Shown here: positions 54,775-64,000 of the stretch, piece by piece
How positions within the stretch are numbered: position 1 is the stretch's first letter
Layout: each line of letters opens with the position of its first letter
DNA from: Octopus vulgaris
Taxonomy: Eukaryota
DNA: 64,000 bases
NCBI GenBank assembly: GCA_951406725.2
Contig: OX597831.1
Location: forward strand, 36,518,001-36,582,000
Direction: 5' to 3'
Notes under the pieces: model-generated
The model's database searches: none
Told to the model about the DNA's origin: nothing
What the model saw: the letters and a program-made list of their open reading frames with translations, nothing else
Position numbers and translations under genes: made by a program

Positions 54775-55131
54775 TGATAGTTTGGAAGGATTATACCTTT
54801 AATCAACATCTTAATAAACTCTGATTTAAAATGTACGCTACTTTGTGTATATCTTGAAAGAAATAATGGGTTAAGGTAGTTATTGGTGGCTGAAATGTAC
54901 TGTTAACTTAACTGCAATTAGCACATATTTTCTGCTGATGTTGGCGTTTATTGAATATTAGTGATATATCACCATAATATGATATTCTACAACTAAATGT
55001 GTTAATATTTACTTTGCCAATAATGTACAAGTTCAGTACATTACTGATAAAGTAAGCTTTACTAATATTAAAAAATAAATTTTAGGTTTTCTCATACATG
55101 GTGTTTTGTGAATAAATATTTAGTAATTATA
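54775..55131 (-). repeat. Right arm of the 357-bp inverted repeat
   Basis: Reverse complement of 52956-53312. Confidence 0.93.
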
Positions 55132-55639
55132 GGCGTAGTATTTAGTAACTATGGGCGTAGGAGTGGCTGTATGGTAAGGATAGGCATAGAGTGGCTGTGT
55201 GGTAAGTAGCTTGCTTACAAACCACAAGGTTCCAGGTTCAGTCCCACTGTGTGTCACCTTGGGCAAGTGTCTTCTACTATAGACTTGGGCTGACCAGAGC
55301 CTTGTGAGTGGATTTGGAAGACAGAAACTGAAAGAAGCCCATTGCATATATGTATATATATATGTGTGTGTGTGTGTGTGTATGTTTGTAAGTCTGTGTT
55401 TGTCACCCCAACATCACTTGACAACTGATGCTAGTGTGTTTATGTCCCCGTAACTTAGCAGTTTGGCAAAAGAGACCGATAGAATAAGTACTAGGCTTAC
55501 AAAGAATAAGTCCTGGGGTCAATTTGATCGACTAAAGGCGGTGCTCCAGCATGGCCACAGTCAAATGAGTGAAACAAGTAAAAAAATAAATTATATTCTT
55601 ATATACATTCCTGCATACATACATACATACATACATATG

Positions 55640-55918
55640 TACATGATGGCCGTCCACTCATGACCAAGGAAAACCATTAATGACATTTATGAATATTATG
55701 AACTCAAGACTACCATATACTTTACACTTGCAGCTCTGTCGGTGACTTCTGAGCCCTGCTTTTGACAAACATACATGACTGCAAACGCCACAGATAAAGC
55801 TTTCCCTATTCATTACATTGGCAGTGCATTTTCAAGCAGGTTCTTCAAAGGTATTGACTCCTTCCTTTACCTATTTTGCCCACATCTCTCAGTTAGCCTC
55901 CCGCATTTCACAGGCCTT
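55640..55918 (-). mobile_element. 3' end of an RTE-like LINE
   Basis: Minus-strand FICGVCSHVCLSKAGLRSHRQSC, a C-terminal zinc-finger-like motif typical of RTE ORFs, followed by a short UTR. Confidence 0.6.
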
Positions 55919-55922
55919 GAAA

Positions 55923-55959
<37 letters not shown>

Positions 55960-55977
55960 TTTATATCTATATATGTA

Positions 55978-56021
<44 letters not shown>

Positions 56022-56328
56022 AAGGTGCAATGGCCCAGAGGTTAGGGCAGCGGACTTGCTGCCGGAAGATCGCAGTTTCGATTCCCAGACTGGGCGTTGT
56101 GTGTGTTTATTGAGCGAAAACATCTAAAAGTTCCACAAAGCTCTGGCAGGGATGGTGGCGACCCCTATGATACTGTTTCGCCCAACTTTCTCTCACTCTT
56201 TCTTCCTGTTTCTTGAGTAACGCTGCGATGGACTATCGTCCCGTCCAGCTGGGGGGAACACATACGCCACAGAAACCAGGAAACTGGGCCCATGAGCCTG
56301 GTTAGTCTTGAAAAGGGTGCATATATAT

Positions 56329-56368
<40 letters not shown>

Positions 56369-56512
56369 GTATATGGCGTTAGGAAGAGCATCCAGCTGTA
56401 GAAACACTGCCAGATCAGACAGGAGCCTGGTACAGCCTTCTGGCTTCCCAGACCCCAGTCAACCTGTCCAACCCATGATAGCATGGAAAACGGACGTTCA
56501 ACGACGATGATG

Positions 56513-56559
<47 letters not shown>

Positions 56560-57082
56560 TATATATATAGGTAGTCAGACACACACACAACCAGACAGCC
56601 AGACAGATACATACACATAGAGAGACAGACACACGCATATACAAACAGAAAGCAACCCATTTCAAGTATCAAGTATCAAAATAATCAATAAAAGTGCCTG
56701 TCTACTATGAGGAATTTCTGCTAAATCAAAGCATAAATGTGATTCGTTGTCTTTGCCACAAACAGAAAAAGAAAAATAGATGAGATTTATTTCATTTCAA
56801 AATCGTGAGTAAAGGAAGAATGTATCTATAAAATTACTATTTTATTCTATATATTATATGACTCGCTCATTATCTCTCCTGATTGCTAATTCCTTATCAA
56901 CAAGGTGACTTGAGGAAATTTTAGCGTAAGAGTAACTGTGTGTGTATAGATAAGTAAGTGTGTGAACAGCTATAATTTGTATATTTTGTTTAATTACAAC
57001 AGACAAGCTAAATAGATTTACTAATGGAGGGAAGGAATCAAGAAAAGTAAGTAAAAGTCTAAATATGTTTCCATGGTAGATG

Positions 57083-57116
<34 letters not shown>

Positions 57117-57149
57117 GTGATAATAATAATAGTGATAATAATAATAGTG

Positions 57150-57188
<39 letters not shown>

Positions 57189-57220
57189 GTGATAATAATA
57201 ATAGTGATAATAATAATAGT

Positions 57221-57296
<76 letters not shown>

Positions 57297-57321
57297 GGAA
57301 TAATAGGAATAATAAGAATAG

Positions 57322-57492
57322 TTCATGGAACAAATAGGGGCTCCAATAAGGGTGGAACACTTGCAGAAAACAGCACTGCTTGGAACCGCTCGAATACACT
57401 GGAAGGTTCTCAAAAAATAAGGGGTGTTACCTTAGTTCACTGGTAGTGAATGGTAGTAGATCTCCAGCATTAGAAGCTGTGCAAAAGCAATG
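57322..57492 (+). mobile_element. 3' end of R4/Dong-like LINE in (AAT)n
   Basis: MEQIGAPIRVEHLQKTALLGTARIHWKVLKK*. Overlaps in sequence with the end of 57851-58898 and is flanked by (AAT)n. Confidence 0.8.
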
Positions 57493-57769
57493 ATAATAAT
57501 AATAATAAGAAGAATAATAATAATGGTTTCAAATTTTGGCACAAGGTTAGCAATTTCATAGGAGAGGTTAAGTCGATTACATCGATCCCAGTACTCAACT
57601 GGTACTTATTTTATCAACCTCAAAAGGTTAAACGCAGAGACAACCTTGGGGGAATTTGAACTCAGGACATAAAGATGGACAAAATGCTTCTAAGCCGGTG
57701 AGCTTACAGTTCTGCCAGCTCAATGAGTTGTTACAGGATTTGAACATCGAATTTAAAATGTCAAAACTA

Positions 57770-57834
<65 letters not shown>

Positions 57835-57850
57835 TAATAATAATAATAAT

Positions 57851-58898
57851 AAGATCGAAGCTATCAACACCTGGGCAGTTTCATTCCTTAGATATGGAGC
57901 AGGGGGTAATCGCATGGACAGTAGATAAACTAAACAGCTTAGACAGAAAGGCAAGGAAGTTGCTAACTAGATATGGGTCACTCCACCCAAAAAGTGACAG
58001 AGACAGACTATATGTACCAAGAAAAAGAGGGGGAAGAGGACTTATTGGATGTGAACACAGCATTAGAGCAGAAGGAAAAAATGTCACAGAACCGCTATTA
58101 TTAGAAGTAGGATGATCAGGCTTGTGTAGAATGAAAGATTGCAAAGATAAAGCACTATACAAGAAATTGAAAATGAATGAAACTGAAAATAGGTGGGTAA
58201 AGAAAAGAATGCAAGGTCAATTTTATAGGGATGTTGAAGGTAAGACAGGCAGAGAAAAAAGATGGCTGTGGATGACTAAAAGTGATTTAAAACCAGAAAT
58301 GGAGGCTCTAATCTGTGCTGCCCAAGAGCAAGCACTAAGAACAAACTACATATAAATACAGAATAGACAACACAGCAAAAAGTGATAAGTGCAGAAGCTG
58401 TAGACAAAAATTGTGAAGCCATATGGCATATTACCAACCAATGTATTTCACTAGCCCAAAAGGAATATAAGAGATGCCACAACAATATAGCCAGGCTTAT
58501 TCATTGGACACTTTGCAACAAGTATGGACTTGACAGAGCAAAAATTGGTACGACTGCTAACTTGACGGCATCGTTGAAAATAAAAATGCAAAGATCCTAT
58601 GATATTTTATGATTAAGTGCGACCATGAGATAGAAAATAGGAAGCCAGACAGTCCTAATTGAGAAAGTAAACAAACTATGCTAGATAATAGATACAGCAT
58701 GCCCAGCTGACAACAAGGTATGTGATAAGGAAGAAAGAAAAGTTGAGAGATATGACAGGTTAGCTTGGGAAGTTAAGCAGTTATGATCGATGAAAAAGGT
58801 AGCAGTAGTACCAATAATTGTTGGAACCCTGGGAACAGTGAGCAAAAGTCTCAAGAAGTACATGGAACAAATAGGGGATGCAATAAGGGTGGAGAACT
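57851..58898 (+). mobile_element. R4/Dong-like RLE LINE, approximately 1 kb degenerate ORF fragment
   Basis: KIEAINTWAV..LDRKARKLLT..LHPKSDRDRLYVPRKRGGRGL, AAQEQALRTN, CCHC remnant HITNQC..YKRCHNNIARLIHW, RKPD..IIDTACP (PD-D/E nuclease) and VVPIIVGTLG. Preceded by (AAT)n. Confidence 0.92.
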
Positions 58899-59190
58899 TA
58901 CAGCTGGATGCCCTTCCTAATGCCAACCACTCCGAGAGTGTAGTGGGTGCTTTTTACATGCTATCGGCATGGGAGCCAGTGAGGCGGTATTGGCAATGAC
59001 CTCACTTGAATCTTTTTACACATGCCACCAGCACAGGTGCCAGTAAGGTGACACTGGTAACGATCATGCTCGAATGGTACCTTTTACATACCACCGGCAC
59101 AGAAGCCAGTTAGCCACTCTGGCAGCGATCATGCTCGGATGGTGCTCTTAGCACCCTACTAGCACGGGCACAGGTGCCAGTAAGGCGATT
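58899..59190 (-). mobile_element. SINE family B with internal tandem repeats, truncating the LINE
   Basis: acagctggatgcccttcctaatgccaaccactcc... plus repeated cacaggtgccagtaagg units. Confidence 0.8.
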
Positions 59191-59779
59191 TTTATATTTA
59201 GATATTATTGAGAATTGTGTAATAAATTGTTAAAAATATTTTGTGTATAACCAATTTATTGTACATGAATTTTAACAGCAAAATCTGATATGGACCCGGG
59301 CTGAGGACTGCTGATCTAGAACATAGATACGAAATTCTGTGTAAATATATATTCACATACATTTGCTATCTTGAAGACACAACTGTGTTTAAGTTTACTG
59401 TTTTTTTTTTTATTAAATGCAATATTTCTTTCAAATGTAATGGATTTTCAAAGATATTATTCTAAAGGACCAATATGGAATTAAGACTCAAACATATAAA
59501 TACATCTCTAATACAGAATGTACGAAAGAAAAGCTGTTTATCTTAAAATATTTTTTTGTTCCACGTCTGTTTTTGCATGTTAGCACAGGTTGGATGAATA
59601 TATATAAACTTATGCCAATAAAACACAAACATTCACCAAGAACACACATTAACACACATCCAAGCACATATTCTTTATGTATTCATATATAAACATGTAA
59701 AGATATACTCTAAAAAAATCTGTCACCATATATATGTTTAAATTCTTCAACATATTAAGTTTGTCTATAAAAGCATCTA

Positions 59780-59780
59780 A

Positions 59781-59833
<53 letters not shown>

Positions 59834-59899
59834 AATATATACTTATGTATATACATACACACACAAATATATACATACATACACACACACATATATATA

Positions 59900-59932
<33 letters not shown>

Positions 59933-60020
59933 ATGTGTGTATGTGTATATATATATATATATATATACATACATACATACATACATACATACATACATAC
60001 ATGCATACATGCATACATAT

Positions 60021-60076
<56 letters not shown>

Positions 60077-60670
60077 GTATATATATATGTATATATATAT
60101 ATGTGTATGTATATATATATATGACTGCAAATGCATGGCTGAAACAAGTAAAAGAATATTTATACATATATATATATATATACACATACATATGAACCTA
60201 CATATACACACACACACACACATATAAATATATATATATTCATAGATTGATGCATAAATACACATGCATACAGGCACACAAACATGCATATATCCATATA
60301 TGTTTGTGCGCATGTGTTCCAAGAAACAAGCTGAAGAAAATCACTACTAGATATTCATAATGCAGACGCTTTCAAAATTTTCTGTATATCAGCAGCATAT
60401 ATTATGATGCAAGCTTCAGATATTGAAATTCTGTCGAGAGATAAATAATAAATAATGAAATGAATGCATTCATTATATATAAATTCAAATTTAAACTACA
60501 AAGTATATTGTCGAAGGTTTAATAAAATAAATATTGGAAATTATATTTAGTCATTAATATATAATGTTTGGATGGTAGGTATTGTAAATGAATAAATTCA
60601 AATAAGCATAGTGATAAACGAGGTCTGGGGTGCCTCGTTATGCAGTACTTATACAACCACAGATAAAGCT

Positions 60671-60734
<64 letters not shown>

Positions 60735-60950
60735 ATATATATGTATATATATATGTATGTATGGATGTACATTAACATATTTAAATACTCTTTATAGAAA
60801 TATGTGTGTGAATGGAGGTGTAGGTGGGAGCATATATGTATGTGTGTGTGTATGTGTTTATGTGTATAGACATACATGTATATATGTATGTGTGTGTATA
60901 TGTGTACGTGTATACACACACACATATATATACTTGTGTGTATAAACACG

Positions 60951-60984
<34 letters not shown>

Positions 60985-61260
60985 CATTCACATACGTTTA
61001 TGTATTTGTGCATATATATATACATTCACGTACATATACATGCACACACACACACATACACACATATATATACACACATATGAATACACATATGTACAGA
61101 CATATATATTCACACACACACTCACAAATGTATACAAACACACATTCACACATACTGACACACGCACACACACACACACACCCTCACACACATACTCTCA
61201 TACTTACGCACACAGAAATATATAAAACACTTATATGCACACATACTAATAAACACACTA
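59780..61260. repeat. Extended degenerate (TA/TG/CA/TACA)n microsatellite fields
   Basis: Directly visible, with a unique AT-rich spacer at about 60320-60670. Confidence 0.9.
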
Positions 61261-61844
61261 GAAATGAATAACATTACCTGAAATTACAAGAAGAATGGTT
61301 TATATACACTCTTACATAACTCCATACATATGGAAGCAAAAAAAATTTACCAATAAAATTAGAAGAAGCTTAGAAAACAGAAACATAAGCCAAAAGGAAA
61401 GCATTTATCACATACAAAAATCAGAAAGATTTTAACAGTAACCACAAATGTAGACTTACAAACCTAAATAAAGAAGTGTATGTAATCAGTAAGAAAAAAA
61501 TTAACAAAATAAGTGCAGGAGTAGCTGTGTGGTAAGTAACTTGCTTACCAACCAAGTGGTTCCATGTTCAGTCCCATGGTGTGGCACCTTGGGTAAGTGT
61601 CTTCTACTATAGCCTTGGGTCGACCAATGCCTTGTGAGAGAATTTGGTAGACGGGATATGAAAGAAGCTTGTCGTATATATGCATATATATATATATGTA
61701 TGTGTGTATGTATGTGTGTGTGTTTGTGTGTCTGTGTTTGTCTCCCCAACAATGCTTGACAACAGATGGTGATGTGTTTACATCCCCGTAACTTAGTAGT
61801 TTGGCAAAAGAGACCAATAGAATAAGTACTAGGCTTCCAAAAAG

Positions 61845-62075
61845 GTTGGCAAGCTGGCAGAAACGTTAGCATGCCGGGTGAAATGCTTAGCAGTATTTCG
61901 TCTGCTGTTACGTTCTGAGTTCAAATTCCGCTGAGGTCAACTTTGTCGTTCATTTTTTTGGGATCGATTAAATAAGTATCAGTTATGCCATGGTGTCAAT
62001 ATAATCGACTTAATTCGTTTGTCTGACCTTGTTTGCCCCCTCCGTGTGTAGCCCCTTGTGGGTAGTAAAGAAATA
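61845..62075 (+). mobile_element. Family C SINE abutting the 3' part of a family A SINE
   Basis: ctggcagaaacgttagc..gagttcaaattccg..gccccttgtgggtagtaaagaaata. Confidence 0.85.
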
Positions 62076-62129
62076 AGAATTATGTGCTGTTGTAAAGTAT
62101 ATAATTAATAAACTAATAAAGAATTCATA

Positions 62130-62400
62130 AATATAGGCTCTTGGTTATACAGAAATGATGGACTATCAATATCTAAAGACAAAAATGGGTAGATTCAAAG
62201 ACCTAATACAGATGTTGAATAGCTTTAAATTAAAAGTAACTATCATGATCAATGTTACCCGAATAAGTTACTGGAACATCATCCCAAACTTAGAAGCTAA
62301 TGTTTATAAACCTTTTAGAAAGCCCAATGAAAAGTTAAGTTACATATACAAATGCTTTTGCCCCCTGCCAATGGTGCTTCAAAAACCTATAAATTCACTC
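62130..62400 (+). mobile_element. Penelope-like element (PLE) reverse transcriptase fragment, degenerate
   Basis: GLYR(N)DGL-like motif (tacagaaatgatggacta), then KDLIQMLNSFKLKVTI and YKPFRKPNEKLSYI, matching the YRDDGL...YRKPN..L.YI...S.HP pattern of PLE RTs. Confidence 0.7.
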
Positions 62401-63289
62401 TCTCTGTTGTTAAGGAAATATTTGATAAAGTTTCATATTACCGAACAAATGTAAAAGCCTGCTCTTTAACATTAAAATACAAACACTTCCCCTTAAACCA
62501 CAGATACAGAAAATTATTTAGATACAAACCCCAAAACCATTTAGAGTGCAACAACCAGCTTTTAAGCCACATGCAATTGAAGATGTCCAAAAGCATTCGC
62601 ATTAAATATGTCAAGAAATGTGCCAGCCTTTTTATACATAGATATGTCCCCTACTGAGGTGCCAAATGGTTGTTTAGCGAGCTTTTTGCCCACTAATTTA
62701 ATATAATGTCCGGTCATCGTTCGATAGCTGTAGGAATTAATTCAGTGAGAAACAACAACAATTCGTATGCATTTTTAAAGCTTCCATGTACATGGTATAC
62801 TTATTCCAATTCAGGAGGAGAGCATTCATACACAGCTTGTATATTTAACATTTAACAGAACAGAATGGAAGTTGAATAAGAAGAGGTTTTCGTCTTGCCG
62901 CCTTCCATGACTGGTATAGTGGATTCAACTCAATTCATATCAACGTGGGGTAGTCCAGTAGCAGAGAGGGAGATGATGCAGTTAGCAGTAGGCTGATTTG
63001 ATCAGCAAAGGAAACCGTTCTTGGATCTGCGCGTCTTTTTGTGCCTATCTCCCGAGCGCCACCTCGTTGTTAACAATGTGACCTAGGGAGATAAATCCAG
63101 ATGACCCACGTTCAGACATGGATTCAACTATGTTTGCCTACAGTTGAAACCATTGTCTTCATGGATCATCAATGAACAAACTTAACTTAAGACAACTGTT
63201 TTTTTTCTTTATTTCTCCCTTTCTACAATTGCTAGGTTATCCTCAAACTTGACTGACAAACGACACACATACACATGCACACACATACT

Positions 63290-63341
<52 letters not shown>

Positions 63342-64000
63342 GAGGAGGAGGAAAGAAAGATAGATATTTTGTCTGAATTTGAGATGAAGAATTATTATGT
63401 ACACACATATATATTGTCTTCACTTGATTGCAATAGTCACTTCCTCAGTGATGGCGAATATACTCATCAAATACATTAAGAACTTGTGTGTATGTTCATG
63501 CACTCGTGCATATGTGAGTGCATGTGTGTTTGTGATATTCTTGAGAAAATATACCCCCCACCCCACCTTCCAGCATCTGACAATAGGATAATTGAAGTCT
63601 CACAAATGGAAAACATTAGTATGAAGATACAGTTTGACTAATAGAACTAGTTTTACATGATTCTCCTCCACCATGGTTTTAGGCAAATGGTAGACGATAT
63701 ACTGAATATATCACTAAATTGTAAAGATTTTTACATCCCCTTGTATACAATGAAGCATCATTCATGGCAACTCCATAATGGTTTCTTTACACTATATACT
63801 CTTTCTTTCTTGAGCCACTCTATATTTGCATCAAATACCCCCAGCACTTGATATGTTATCCAACTAATAGATGATACATATTTTCAGTAAGATCTCTGAG
63901 CAGTTGGTTTTGAAGTTCATAGATGTTGTTACGAACATTTTATTGCTTCTGTTTCCTCAAATAACCCTGGGCCACTCTATCCTGTTTATATGGATTCAAT

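Noticed and set aside
60617-60639. GC-rich hairpin AACGAGG...CCTCGTT as a Helitron 3' end
   Set aside because: No CTRR terminus at the expected distance and no 5' TC end identified.
61272-61296. Minus-strand ttcttcttgtaatttcAG|GTAATG recursive-splice-like site
   Set aside because: Such motifs arise by chance in AT-rich DNA and cannot be supported without nascent RNA data.

Overview
AT-rich, repeat-saturated eukaryotic DNA with no intact ORF. Nearly all entries in the ORF track are translations of microsatellites or SINEs. The repeat content (several tRNA-headed SINE families, dense TA/TG/TATG/AAT/GAT microsatellites, decayed Tc1/mariner, hAT, piggyBac-like, RTE, R4/Dong-like and Penelope-like fragments) resembles an octopus genome, which is an inference. 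The window is probably intronic: a few minus-strand segments have splice signals and compatible phases (53863-53962 and 45099-45199, possibly microexons 33182-33209 and 26478-26504), but I cannot name the gene. Three signals stand out. (1) A tRNA-headed SINE carries a minimal type I hammerhead ribozyme (HHR) motif, and four other unrelated repeats carry HHR-like cores, some non-canonical. (2) A candidate exon is bracketed by 357-bp inverted repeats. (3) Restriction-like-endonuclease (RLE) LINEs sit in (TAA)n and (TACA)n microsatellites. All alignments and folds were done by eye, SINE family letters are my own labels, and boundaries of degenerate repeats are approximate.
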